Source of the DNA: an uncultured bacterium
GTDB lineage: Bacteria > Patescibacteriota > Minisyncoccia > Phycocordibacterales > CAIZLB01
Direction: 5' to 3'
DNA length: 45,828 bases
Assembly (NCBI GenBank): GCA_903933735.1
Contig: CAIZLB010000025.1
Coordinates: forward strand, 1 to 45,828
Shown: positions 1 through 9,188 of the stretch, in pieces
Position numbering within the stretch: position 1 is the stretch's first letter
Layout of the letters: the number at the start of each line of letters is the position of its first letter
Made by a program: the position numbers and the translations under genes
Notes under the pieces: model-generated
Seen by the model: only the letters and a program-made list of their open reading frames with translations
What the model was told of the DNA's origin: nothing
Database searches by the model: none

Positions 1-139
1 AAAGTTGATGTCATTAATTGTGCTCTTAAGAAATATTTGAGATACTACAATAGTGAACGATTACATCTCGGTATCAATCTCAAAACACCAAGTCAATTAT
101 TAACAGAGTGTTTCCAAGCTATTGGTTAGAATACGTACA
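1..139 (+). mobile_element. Right end of an IS481/IS3-type insertion sequence (DDE transposase C-terminus, truncated by window edge)
   Basis: Frame 1 of 1..129 reads KVDVINCALKKYLRYYNSERLHLGINLKTPSQLLTECFQAIG*, containing the YN..R.H..L...TP tail of rve integrase-core transposases; ends ...ACA at 137-139, as expected for a TGT/ACA terminus. Confidence 0.75.
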
Positions 140-141
140 TA

Positions 142-966
142 TCATATATCAAAACTAGCACCCTGTGTCCTGCCATGATCAGTCACCCTATCATATTCTA
201 TATTGGCATTATCCATCTCTTTTGCTATTTCATCTTGTTTAGCATCTATAACAGCAACTGAAGCAACACATGTCTGACTATCGGATAATTGTTTTAAATA
301 ATCATAATATTTTCTAGAATATTTGTTACCAATGGTCACATGGGCCTCTTCATGTATGATTAGATTCTTCATGTATGCTACCCATTTATTTATCAAATAT
401 TGATTAGTTCCAGCTGGTGCATTCCACCTTGGATATAAAATAGTTGAATGAACACCGACTGCAACATTTCTAATATTACATACTTGACCAGCAAATTCAT
501 TATAATCAAACGTTCTATTGAAGTTGGTGTATGTTATTCCCACCGCTGGTTCACCTTTATTATATGGCATACAGTTATTTAATTGATAAAATATTTGACC
601 TTCAGTACTCGCATTTATTTGATAAAAAGTATTTATCTTTTCTGATATATAACCTAAACGTCCAGAGAGATTAACTTCAGGAATATTATTTGCAATATCT
701 GTAAAAGGTATACATGGTCTAACCCAACTTTCTGCTTTAACAGGCTTAGTTTTTACAGGTTCATTTTTAGTGATCTTTGTAAGAGGTTTTATTTCAGCAA
801 CTTTTAATTTTGGGGTAACAATATGTTTATTATCAATCGAATAATCTGGTGAAATATTTTCTACAATTTCTTTTTTGTTTTCTTTTTTATATAAATACAA
901 AACAACAATAATAATCACAGCGACCATGAGTATTATATAGGACACAAATCCTTGTTGTTTTTTCAT
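142..966 (-). CDS. Membrane-anchored DUF922-like Zn-dependent peptidase with pilin-like N-terminus
   Basis: MKKQQGF + TM helix; HEEAH zinc motif; C-terminal YDRVTDHGRTQG typical of DUF922; TGC-TACAAT 7 nt before ATG. Confidence 0.7.
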   Translation of the reverse strand: MKKQQGFVSYIILMVAVIIIVVLYLYKKENKKEIVENISPDYSIDNKHIVTPKLKVAEIKPLTKITKNEPVKTKPVKAESWVRPCIPFTDIANNIPEVNLSGRLGYISEKINTFYQINASTEGQIFYQLNNCMPYNKGEPAVGITYTNFNRTFDYNEFAGQVCNIRNVAVGVHSTILYPRWNAPAGTNQYLINKWVAYMKNLIIHEEAHVTIGNKYSRKYYDYLKQLSDSQTCVASVAVIDAKQDEIAKEMDNANIEYDRVTDHGRTQGASFDI

Positions 967-983
967 ATTGTTAATTGTAGCAA

Positions 984-1475
984 TTATTTACTCATTATAT
1001 CAATAGCTCTTTCAATAATTCTTTCTCCTATTTCTCCCCATTTTAAATATTCTTTATGTTCAGATGGTTCTATTAATTTTAATTCGACAATATCGCCCAT
1101 AGTGTCGCAAATGAATGGTCCAAAAGGTGTAACTTCACAAGCATATCTTAATTGATATATAACACTTTCATCTTTTGTACTTGTAACTTTTTGATATCCA
1201 ATTGGAGAAAATGAAAGTACATTCATATTTGACTCTTCTTTGACTTCGCGTCTTAAAGTTTGTTCAAATGATTCACCTTCTTCAATAGTTCCACCTATTA
1301 AACCATATTCTTTTCTTCCGCCGCTGTAACCTAAGACTATTTTACCGTCATAAAAACAAACACCGTATGTTTGAGTGCATTTACTTTTATCCAAATCATC
1401 AAAAGAATCAGCATCGAAATATTCGAAGGTGAATATGTTTCCTTTATGATCAGTGTAGGTGGTTGTGAGGGGCAT
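984..1475 (-). CDS. Nudix hydrolase
   Basis: Nudix box GGTIEEGESFEQTLRREVKEES. Confidence 0.9.
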   Translation of the reverse strand: MPLTTTYTDHKGNIFTFEYFDADSFDDLDKSKCTQTYGVCFYDGKIVLGYSGGRKEYGLIGGTIEEGESFEQTLRREVKEESNMNVLSFSPIGYQKVTSTKDESVIYQLRYACEVTPFGPFICDTMGDIVELKLIEPSEHKEYLKWGEIGERIIERAIDIMSK

Positions 1476-1501
1476 GAGGTGTATTATAGCAGATTTTATT
1501 T

Positions 1502-1864
1502 TTAATAAAGTCTATCATCCAAAGCAACAAGCCTGTCATGTAACACCTGTAACTCTTCAGGCATCTCTTCTTCATTTACCCTATTCATCTCATCATTAAC
1601 GATACACCATGTAGTATTACAATATTCTCGGGCGTCATCTATCATACCAGCTTCTAATAACACAGAAGTGACTTCGATATTGAAGCTCAATATCGCATAT
1701 TGACTAGTAGATTCACTGGTCTCTCTTTGTTTATCTGTATACCATAATTTATATTTTTCAACAGATTCGGGAGTTTCTCCTTGTTCTTTAAATATAGAGA
1801 TAACCTCTTCGGCTGTTGGTATTTTTGGTCCAGATTCTGGTGTAAAATTTTTATCGGGGTTCAT
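1502..1864 (-). CDS. Hypothetical protein (start revised to MNPDKNF)
   Basis: TGA-TATAAT 7 nt upstream of ATG at 1864; this start removes the overlap with the upstream gene. Confidence 0.65.
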   Translation of the reverse strand: MNPDKNFTPESGPKIPTAEEVISIFKEQGETPESVEKYKLWYTDKQRETSESTSQYAILSFNIEVTSVLLEAGMIDDAREYCNTTWCIVNDEMNRVNEEEMPEELQVLHDRLVALDDRLY

Positions 1865-1880
1865 GGGGTGTATTATATCA

Positions 1881-2840
1881 TCACCCCTTAAAATAACATA
1901 AATCCCCTGGCTCAAGATTGTCCACCACACCCAATTTTTCACCCATCTTATGTATAAAATAATAATATGAATAATAATGTCTCACAAACTGTAGACCATT
2001 TTCTTTATCCTCTTCAAAAGTCGTCATCCAATGATCTTTATTTCCAGGCAAAGTAAATTCAATAAATTTATAATCATAATCAGTAGCTGTATCTTGCTCA
2101 AAATCCATACAACCTTCTTTAACAAAAAGAATGAGATTGTCTCTACCGAAGATGTCAATCATCCTACCTGTTTGTTTTGTATAACATATAATATCTTCTA
2201 CTAACTTTCTTAAAACAGGTCCTAGATATTCATCAGATATCATACCTTCCATAATAATAATCTGTTCATTTATCTTATTTCTTGTAATAGATAAACCTTC
2301 CTCAAGACTATATTCAGGTGACGGGCGAAAATCTTTTACAGTAACCAAATACACAGCAAAAGGCATGTAATCATCCTGATTCATCAGAACATCTAATTTT
2401 TCTTGAGATTCCGCTAGCATCTTTATGTCTTCATGAAAATCATCAGGAATATTTTTAGTTCTTTCTTCTCCCCAATATTTAGTCAACAAAGATTTTGTTA
2501 TCGGTACAGTGACTCTGAAAATTCCTCTTTCAAGAAAATGTTCTGGACCAAATATTTCTTTAGCTTCATCTTCTAACCCCATCTCATCTCTCCAATAAGC
2601 CATTTGATATTCTATGACTTCCCTATCACATCCTTTTTTATCTTTTTCTGTATCATTTGTTACAAAAGCTATTCTGCGACTAAAGGCATCTCGGGGTATT
2701 TTAAAAACCCTGTCCGAAATTCCTTCAACCTTGAAGACGACCTTTTCAGCACCTATGTTTATGAGGTCCAGTTTTTTGTCGCTTAATTCTTCGTGAGTGA
2801 AGATGTCTTGGATGACGGTTTCGAGTTTTGGGGTTGGCAT
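1881..2840 (-). CDS. Hypothetical protein, possibly remote kinase-like fold
   Basis: 319 aa ORF; IGAEKVVFKV..RVFKIPR and IDIFGRDNL loosely recall kinase motifs; TGC-TATAAT promoter before ATG. Confidence 0.6.
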   Translation of the reverse strand: MPTPKLETVIQDIFTHEELSDKKLDLINIGAEKVVFKVEGISDRVFKIPRDAFSRRIAFVTNDTEKDKKGCDREVIEYQMAYWRDEMGLEDEAKEIFGPEHFLERGIFRVTVPITKSLLTKYWGEERTKNIPDDFHEDIKMLAESQEKLDVLMNQDDYMPFAVYLVTVKDFRPSPEYSLEEGLSITRNKINEQIIIMEGMISDEYLGPVLRKLVEDIICYTKQTGRMIDIFGRDNLILFVKEGCMDFEQDTATDYDYKFIEFTLPGNKDHWMTTFEEDKENGLQFVRHYYSYYYFIHKMGEKLGVVDNLEPGDLCYFKG

Positions 2841-2873
2841 AATGAGTGTATTATAGCATTTTAATTATAAACC

Positions 2874-3350
2874 CTAACACTCCACCACCACAGGAAATTC
2901 AGCATGTCTTGCATTAAACAATTCATTATACAAAAGTACGCCATAATCATCATATTTTTTCTTAATCTTCATATTGACACCACCACAATATCCACCCAAA
3001 TAAGCATCAACACAGTCAGATCCAGTGCATGATAATTCATTCTTAACAAAGTTTAAATTATCTTTCCAAAAAACTTCTCGAGCAGATTTTTCTGCTTCTG
3101 TTGATAATATAAAATTACGACGTATTTGAATATTTTGTTCAACACCTGTTAGACTGAATTCTTTTGGTATTGTTAATATTCTATCTGAGATAGAATTGAC
3201 TACTTTTTTAGCTTCATTTATTATTTCTTTATTGTTCATACCACCAGATGTTTTGTTTTGATTATCGTATAGATATAAACTAATCATAACGATGATTACC
3301 ACAGATACGAGGAGTATTATGAGTGAGACGAACCCTTGTTGTTTTTTCAT
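2874..3350 (-). CDS. Membrane-anchored protein with pilin-like (class III) N-terminus
   Basis: MKKQQGFVSLIILLVSVVIIV, first 9 residues identical to 142..966; four Cys in C-terminal half. Confidence 0.65.
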   Translation of the reverse strand: MKKQQGFVSLIILLVSVVIIVMISLYLYDNQNKTSGGMNNKEIINEAKKVVNSISDRILTIPKEFSLTGVEQNIQIRRNFILSTEAEKSAREVFWKDNLNFVKNELSCTGSDCVDAYLGGYCGGVNMKIKKKYDDYGVLLYNELFNARHAEFPVVVEC

Positions 3351-3402
3351 GTGTTTATTATATAGTAGGTGTAAATGATATCAAAATAGTCGATTCAAAA
3401 CC

Positions 3403-4005
3403 TCATGCAAAAAACTTATTTTTCATAAATTGAGTAAAAGCTTTCATTTCAGCTCTATATTTTTCAATCTTTATTTCTAGATCATCATCACATCTTTCTT
3501 CTCTATCTCTGTCAATATTTTCTTCAGAACATAACCAACCAAAAGGACTGACTGTTAATTTGATCCCCGGCTCAACAACACGTGTAGGATAAAACTCTGC
3601 AATAAAACCAAGAAGTCTTTGTCTTTCGTTTTCTTTAGACGCCTTAACACGAGCTTGTAATTGTTTAATTTCATCTCTTTCATCTTGTGTAAGTAATTCT
3701 TTACCTTCAATATCCTCGTCAAAATATTTTGTGTTATTTTCTTGAATTCTTTCATCATCAAATAAAGCATCTATGGCTGCATCTCCTCTGATGGCAATCC
3801 ACGGATAAGGTTTACTGTCTTCTTCATTCAAATGTCCAAAACAAGAAGCTTCTGTTCTAAATCCATGAGCCATCAAAGAAACTACTGATTCTTTGATCCC
3901 TTCATCCATAGGGATAGGGTCTTCTCTACTGAACTCATCAACGATATGGGCAAGCTCGGTCCATCTTTGGGTTTTAATTTCTATGTCGTTAGGTGATGTT
4001 TCCAT
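3403..4005 (-). CDS. Hypothetical protein with D..I...V..L...G..T..SC.GH motif (TYW3-like N-terminal motif)
   Basis: MDEGIKESVVSLMAHGFRTEASCFGH; start revised to METSPND (TGT-TATAAT 6 nt upstream). Confidence 0.6.
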   Translation of the reverse strand: METSPNDIEIKTQRWTELAHIVDEFSREDPIPMDEGIKESVVSLMAHGFRTEASCFGHLNEEDSKPYPWIAIRGDAAIDALFDDERIQENNTKYFDEDIEGKELLTQDERDEIKQLQARVKASKENERQRLLGFIAEFYPTRVVEPGIKLTVSPFGWLCSEENIDRDREERCDDDLEIKIEKYRAEMKAFTQFMKNKFFA

Positions 4006-4012
4006 AATTGAA

Positions 4013-4546
4013 TTATAACATTTTGTTTGAATCAAAACATATCAATATATCCCCCGCAAGGATTATCTTAATCCATTCTGTATAGATATCAGGATTGATT
4101 TTAGCATCATTTTTTAATTCATCCATACTAATCCACTTATAATCTGAAACTTCTTCAGGATCGGGTTTAACGATAATATCATCTACAACTCCCTTAAAAA
4201 TATAATCGAATTCATTTTCTATAAGATTGTTTGAAAGTTTAACATTGTATATAAATGAACCCACCTCTTTTAAATCACAGTCGAAACCCATCTCTTCTTG
4301 TAATCGTCTATGAATAGCACTTTGTAAACCCTCTCCTACCCTTGCATGACTACAACATGTATTAGTCCATAAACCTCCTGAATGATATTTATTTTCATTT
4401 CTTTTTTGCAATAAGAGCTCACCTTTTGTATTAAAAATAAAGATAGAAAAAGCTTCATGAAGTTGACCTGTTTTATGAGCTTCGAGTTTTTCTATGGTAC
4501 CGATTCTGTTTCCGGTGACGTTTACGAGATTGATCATTTCTGGCAT
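4013..4546 (-). CDS. idi: Isopentenyl-diphosphate delta-isomerase type 1
   Basis: AH..G.LHEAFS, LLLQKR, WTNTCCSH, RRLQEEMG, ENEFD, YTEW motifs. Confidence 0.9.
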   Translation of the reverse strand: MPEMINLVNVTGNRIGTIEKLEAHKTGQLHEAFSIFIFNTKGELLLQKRNENKYHSGGLWTNTCCSHARVGEGLQSAIHRRLQEEMGFDCDLKEVGSFIYNVKLSNNLIENEFDYIFKGVVDDIIVKPDPEEVSDYKWISMDELKNDAKINPDIYTEWIKIILAGDILICFDSNKML

Positions 4547-4588
4547 GTTTAGAGTATAGTATATTTTGTGATTAAAAACATTCAGGTA

Positions 4589-5284
4589 CTAAAATTTCCT
4601 CAAAATAAAATAATAATCCCCATATCCACTTTCCTCTTTGGGCCATGTTTTATGCATTTCCACATTTGAAAAATATTTATCAAAAATCGGCTTATTTTTA
4701 TTTATAGAATTTTTCCATTCTACAAGACGAACATCATTTGTAAGCACTCCTATAGCAGCATCGATGACATCATCAGACCCTCCGTTTTTAATAGTTGCCA
4801 CAAGATATTCATATCCAAGTTTTGCTCCGGCTATTTTTCTTTCTTCTTCATTTGAATAATCATCTATATAAGGATCTGCGATGATAACAAAACCATCTTT
4901 TTTTATCAGTCTTGATACTTTACTTACGAAATCTTCTTGTTGTTCATATGGAAGATGATGTAAACCAGCAGTTACTAAAATAACATCATATTCCTGATCG
5001 CTTTTCCAAGTAAAAGCATCTGCTATTTCAAAGGTAATGTCAGGGTATTTTTTCTGTGCATGTTGTATAAACTCTGGTTCAAGATCAACACCATGACATA
5101 TCAAATCTTTTCTTTTGTCATGCAATCTCCCAAGTAGATATCCAGGACCACATAATATATCAAGTAATGTTCCATTTTGAGGTGTATTTTTTAAAATATA
5201 ATCCTCTATTTCATGTATTAATATACCCCAGGGCATATATTTAAATTCTTTTTCATAAACTTCGGCGGGTGGAAGATTTTGCAT
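4589..5284 (-). CDS. Class I SAM-dependent methyltransferase
   Basis: LLDILCGPG motif I, GVDL, ADA, YDVIL...LHH; start revised to MQNLPP (TGC-TACAAT 6 nt upstream). Confidence 0.85.
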   Translation of the reverse strand: MQNLPPAEVYEKEFKYMPWGILIHEIEDYILKNTPQNGTLLDILCGPGYLLGRLHDKRKDLICHGVDLEPEFIQHAQKKYPDITFEIADAFTWKSDQEYDVILVTAGLHHLPYEQQEDFVSKVSRLIKKDGFVIIADPYIDDYSNEEERKIAGAKLGYEYLVATIKNGGSDDVIDAAIGVLTNDVRLVEWKNSINKNKPIFDKYFSNVEMHKTWPKEESGYGDYYFILRKF

Positions 5285-5319
5285 GGTTTTATTGTAGCAG
5301 AGATGGGGGGATGTGATAA

Positions 5320-6156
5320 TCATTCATCATCACCTTCTAAGGATTCATGTCCTGCTTCTGACCCTATGATCTTTAAGTCATGTATAAAATCTAAAGCCTT
5401 TTTTCTTAAAATAGGGTCATGCTCAATAGCACCAACTAGCTCACTATTTCTTCTCTTAAGTTCTGAGTCAGTCAGAGGGATACCTTTGTACGGATCCTTC
5501 TTTTTAGTCGGCATCACGTGACCATATTTATTTCTTTGATCTTCCGGCATTTCATTCATTAAGATAGCACGATATTTATCTGGAGAGTTTCCGACAGTCC
5601 AAACCTCTTGTGCATTTAGTGCTTTTAAAAGATTTGTAATGTACTCCAGCGTACCACCCTGAGCTCCTAAACCTTCTATCCTATCTCCATCTCTAATAAG
5701 TTGTCGTGGATCAATACCTTCTTCATCCTTTTTTCTGCTACCTTTAGCACCAGCACCATTTGACCAAGTCTCATCAAAAACTAAGATTGGTTTGTCTAAA
5801 TCAATTTTCCTTTTATCTAAATACTGTTCAAATATTTCTGGTATCGCAAAATATGATTCCCGTGTCGGAAAAGTTTTTTTTCCTCTAACTGCAATTCTAT
5901 AAAAAGGAGGACAATTTTGAGGGTCCGCAACCTTCCATGCTTCTCGTAATAAATATCCAATAGGTACAGCGCTACTTTCTGTTACAAGCACATATGCAGG
6001 TTTTACTTTATGTAATATTTTTTCAATAGTTTGTTTTGCCCATTCTTTATAGTTGGCTGCAATTTCGGGATCTATAACAATCAAATCTTTTTTTTCTTGT
6101 TCCACATCTATTACCCCTATAGAATTTTCCTGTGGTATTTCATAGTTTTCTGGCAT
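5320..6156 (-). CDS. Hypothetical protein, PRTase-like loop; paralog of 7405..8538
   Basis: ILVFDETWSNG resembles the PRPP-binding loop; start revised to MPENYEIP (TGA-TATAAT 7 nt upstream). Confidence 0.6.
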   Translation of the reverse strand: MPENYEIPQENSIGVIDVEQEKKDLIVIDPEIAANYKEWAKQTIEKILHKVKPAYVLVTESSAVPIGYLLREAWKVADPQNCPPFYRIAVRGKKTFPTRESYFAIPEIFEQYLDKRKIDLDKPILVFDETWSNGAGAKGSRKKDEEGIDPRQLIRDGDRIEGLGAQGGTLEYITNLLKALNAQEVWTVGNSPDKYRAILMNEMPEDQRNKYGHVMPTKKKDPYKGIPLTDSELKRRNSELVGAIEHDPILRKKALDFIHDLKIIGSEAGHESLEGDDE

Positions 6157-6190
6157 ATTTTTAATTATATCAAAAAACAGTTTTTTTATA

Positions 6191-6235
6191 CACCTCATTC
6201 TTACTCATACTGGTTAGATTTTTCAGGCACCGACC
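6191..6235. repeat. att-like junction site A
   Basis: CACCTC...CTCAT-AC-TGGTTA (core 6211-6216); left arm similar to site C and to the tRNA 3' flank. Confidence 0.55.
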
Positions 6236-6243
6236 TTTTTATT

Positions 6244-6741
6244 TTACCCCCTCCATCCACCCCTCACCTCCACAGCCCTCTCCAACATTCTCAAAGCCAC
6301 CTCTCCCCACCCCCGATCACAAAGCTTTAAAAACTCTGACGGATCAATAAAACTTACTCCAAGAACATCACCGGCCGGATCTTTTTTAAAATCACCCACA
6401 GGTTCTACCAAACAAGCAAATCGAATATAAAACACAGATTCCCCTCCAGGTCTTATTGTCTCATGTATTCCTATGGGTTTATATTGTAAAATTTTCATAT
6501 TAGTTTCTTCTAATACTTCACGATGTAATCCTTCAATAATATTTTCATCTTTTTCTAAACCACCACCAGGATTTCCTGTATATCCATTTTCATTTACGAT
6601 GACTAGTTTATCATTATGAAAACAATATGCGTAGATACCTATAACATTCTTACCTTCAACTTCTTGAATATCATCGATGTCATTGTATATGATTTGATAT
6701 ACTTGTCCTGACTTGTTTGTAATAGATGATTTGATTTCCAT
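6244..6741 (-). CDS. Nudix hydrolase, paralog of 984..1475
   Basis: GGGLEKDENIIEGLHREVLEET; shares CF...K.V, PIG, Y..R.AC.V.P.G.F..D with 984..1475. Confidence 0.9.
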   Translation of the reverse strand: MEIKSSITNKSGQVYQIIYNDIDDIQEVEGKNVIGIYAYCFHNDKLVIVNENGYTGNPGGGLEKDENIIEGLHREVLEETNMKILQYKPIGIHETIRPGGESVFYIRFACLVEPVGDFKKDPAGDVLGVSFIDPSEFLKLCDRGWGEVALRMLERAVEVRGGWRG

Positions 6742-6785
6742 GGTTGATATTGTAGCAGATTTTGTGGAGACTATAATATCTCGAT

Positions 6786-7313
6786 CTAAAACTCATATTT
6801 CCAACCTGGTTGCCATTTAAATTTTGTCGTTACCAATTGTTCAAGAGTGATATTATTGATCCAATAATCAAGTCCGTATTGTGTAGCACGATGACCAATT
6901 ATCATTATTTTTTTACCATCATAATTTTCATTTAGAAAATCAAGAAAATCTTTCATCCTCCTTGATGTTTGTTCATAACTCTCACCATTTGGAAATGGTA
7001 CTTTCATTCTCTCAATTTTTTCATCATCAATTTCTTCACTTGGATGTTGTGTTAAATCACCATAGTCACACTCTCTTAATCTTTCATCTTTTATTATTGG
7101 AAATTTGTCACCAAAAGCTATTTCGGCGGATCGATAAGAACGTTGTAAATCTGAACAAAAAATAGCATCAAAATATTCATCTTTATAACGAACACCCATC
7201 TCTTTTGATTGTTCTTCACCTAATGGTGATAAAGCTATGTCGTTATGACCTGAACATAGTTTAGCTTCATTATCGAATGTAGTACCGTGTGCTTCGAATA
7301 TTATTGTTATCAT
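6786..7313 (-). CDS. Histidine phosphatase (phosphoglycerate mutase family)
   Basis: EAHGTT (RHG motif with R>A), SDLQRS..SA, LRECDYG, GES, IIGH; start revised to MITIIF. Confidence 0.85.
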   Translation of the reverse strand: MITIIFEAHGTTFDNEAKLCSGHNDIALSPLGEEQSKEMGVRYKDEYFDAIFCSDLQRSYRSAEIAFGDKFPIIKDERLRECDYGDLTQHPSEEIDDEKIERMKVPFPNGESYEQTSRRMKDFLDFLNENYDGKKIMIIGHRATQYGLDYWINNITLEQLVTTKFKWQPGWKYEF

Positions 7314-7339
7314 ATTTTGCATTATAACAGAACTTACAG

Positions 7340-7384
7340 CACTCGTGCTAGCTCATGGTTAAATCTCTTTGACGATGTTAGAAC
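7340..7384. repeat. att-like junction site B
   Basis: CTCGTGC..GCTCA-TGGTTA (core 7356-7361) then ACGATGTTAGAAC in exact register with sites C/E/F. Confidence 0.65.
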
Positions 7385-7404
7385 TTGTTTGATGATGGAG
7401 AAAA

Positions 7405-8538
7405 CTATTTTTGCTCAATCTCATCTTTAATTTTTTGACCCAAAAGCATACCCAATCTCTTAAGTTTTTTAATATTTTCTAGAACAACTTTTCCTTCTGC
7501 ACCCCTTTTAATTTTACCTTTTAGTCCACCACCTCCAAATCGATCTTCTTTTTTTGTTGGTCTGATCCCTTCCCTAGGATTTTCAATCATGATTTTAAAG
7601 TTTTTTTCGTTATCACTTTGTAATTCATCCCGCCCCTTAGAACCAAATCCTCCATATAGAAATATTTTTTCTTTTTTTAACATATTTAACATAGGATTAT
7701 CTTGTTTGACTTTGTCCATAATCCTTCTCATAACAGCTTCTTTTCTCCGATAAAGAATACTATGTAATTCTCTCGCCTCAGTAATTTTCCTAGATAAATC
7801 AGGAGTGTTATTTAAAATTTCAAAAGTTTCTTCTAACTCATCTTTTCTTTTACTTTTAATTTCTTCATCTAAAATTTCAAAAGTTTTTTTTAATTCATCC
7901 TCCTCTTTTCTTATACTTTTAATTTCTTCGTCTTTTTCTGCTAAAGAATTAGCGATTGAACTTAAAGTTGAACTCAAATATTCATTATATCCAGTTAATC
8001 CATGTTTAACCCTTCTTAAAGAATTCCCGCTTATTGAAGCCTCATCAAAAATGATTGTGTTTGCTTCAGTGTCATCAAATCTCTTTTTGATAAAGTTATA
8101 AACTAACTCAGCTTCTTCAGATGGCATGTCGTCAGATAAGAATCTCGGGTCAATTCTATAAAATTTAGGTACTTCTTCGTCAGGATAAGCAATTCGCCAC
8201 ATTTCTTTAAACACATAACCAAATGGGATTGCTGATGTTTCATTTAAAATGATATATTTTGGTTTTATTAAGTCATGCCATTCTTGTATCATCTTCTTCA
8301 TTCCCGACATTATTACTTCTATGCGCGCTTGTCTCTCTTCGATAGTTTGATAATTAGGTTTCTTGTCTCCAGCATAATCTCCACCATAAATTAAATTATA
8401 GAAAAGTTCTTCTGCATTTTCCTGATTTTCATTGCTTTCATTTAACACAGACTCTTCACTATCAAAACCATCGATTATATCAACTCTTTCCATAGGGGTT
8501 AAAGGGTTTTCTTCTGGTATCTCATAGTTTTCTGTCAT
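7405..8538 (-). CDS. Hypothetical protein, PRTase-like loop plus coiled-coil insert; paralog of 5320..6156
   Basis: MTENYEIPEEN, KPKYIILNETSAIPFGYVFKEMWR, FYRI, IIFDEASISG; internal near-duplication DEEIKS.RK..EL..TFEIL. Confidence 0.6.
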   Translation of the reverse strand: MTENYEIPEENPLTPMERVDIIDGFDSEESVLNESNENQENAEELFYNLIYGGDYAGDKKPNYQTIEERQARIEVIMSGMKKMIQEWHDLIKPKYIILNETSAIPFGYVFKEMWRIAYPDEEVPKFYRIDPRFLSDDMPSEEAELVYNFIKKRFDDTEANTIIFDEASISGNSLRRVKHGLTGYNEYLSSTLSSIANSLAEKDEEIKSIRKEEDELKKTFEILDEEIKSKRKDELEETFEILNNTPDLSRKITEARELHSILYRRKEAVMRRIMDKVKQDNPMLNMLKKEKIFLYGGFGSKGRDELQSDNEKNFKIMIENPREGIRPTKKEDRFGGGGLKGKIKRGAEGKVVLENIKKLKRLGMLLGQKIKDEIEQK

Positions 8539-8561
8539 GTTAAAATTATATCAAAACTACG

Positions 8562-8610
8562 CACCTCGTGCACCCTCATATTGGTTAGCGATGTGGTACG
8601 ATGTTGGAAC
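8562..8610. repeat. att-like junction site C
   Basis: CACCTCGTGCACCCTCAT-AT-TGGTTAGCGATGTGGTACGATGTTGGAAC. Confidence 0.8.
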
Positions 8611-8615
8611 CTCAT

Positions 8616-9020
8616 TCAATTAACCAAATATGATAGATTATCAATCCCGAGCAAACTATCTTTATCGAGTTCTTTTTTTAGCTCTTCAAATGTTACCCAT
8701 TTACTAGAACTAATTTCCCAGGATAATTTCAAATCAAAATTCATAACCTGAATAAGAAAAATATCCATCTCATGAGGAATGCATAAAACTGTAGTATTTA
8801 CTTTATACAGAAAAGAAACTGAACTAATGTTATTTGGTTTAATATTTAATTCTTCTTCAATCTCTCTCCTTACAGCATTTTCTGCGGATTCATTTTTACC
8901 TATTCCACCGCCAGGCAAATGATACATAAACGGAGGCAATGAACCTTTCACGATGAGAAAAAGTTTTTGGTTGATATCGAAGATAAAAGCGCGGGCTACT
9001 TTTCGGCGAGGTAATTTCAT
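8616..9020 (-). CDS. Nudix hydrolase
   Basis: LPGGGIGKNESAENAVRREIEEEL. Confidence 0.9.
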   Translation of the reverse strand: MKLPRRKVARAFIFDINQKLFLIVKGSLPPFMYHLPGGGIGKNESAENAVRREIEEELNIKPNNISSVSFLYKVNTTVLCIPHEMDIFLIQVMNFDLKLSWEISSSKWVTFEELKKELDKDSLLGIDNLSYLVN

Positions 9021-9050
9021 ATATTAAAGATATCATATTTTTAAACCTAC

Positions 9051-9141
9051 TTGTTAGGTAGATTGAGCTAAAACAATATTCGGTCAAGTACTGCAACATC
9101 TGGTTTGATAGTTTAAATTTATCAAATCGACACGACTTGAG
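9051..9141. repeat. att-like junction site D (second arm class)
   Basis: TGTTAGGTAGATTGAGCT (9052-9069) 16/18 identical to 11174-11191; 9122-9141 is 16/20 identical to 11241-11260. Confidence 0.65.
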
Positions 9142-9188
9142 CAATTATCTATACCAAGTTTCTGACATTACTTTCTTTTCAGGACTTC

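Noticed and set aside
120-133. TATTGGTTAGAATA resembling the cassette core
   Set aside because: Lies in the transposase stop codon/IS end and has no conserved arm; probably chance
6741-6786. TGGTTG next to the Nudix start as an eighth junction site
   Set aside because: Overlaps the ATG and promoter discriminator and has no arm; 6244-7313 may be one two-gene cassette
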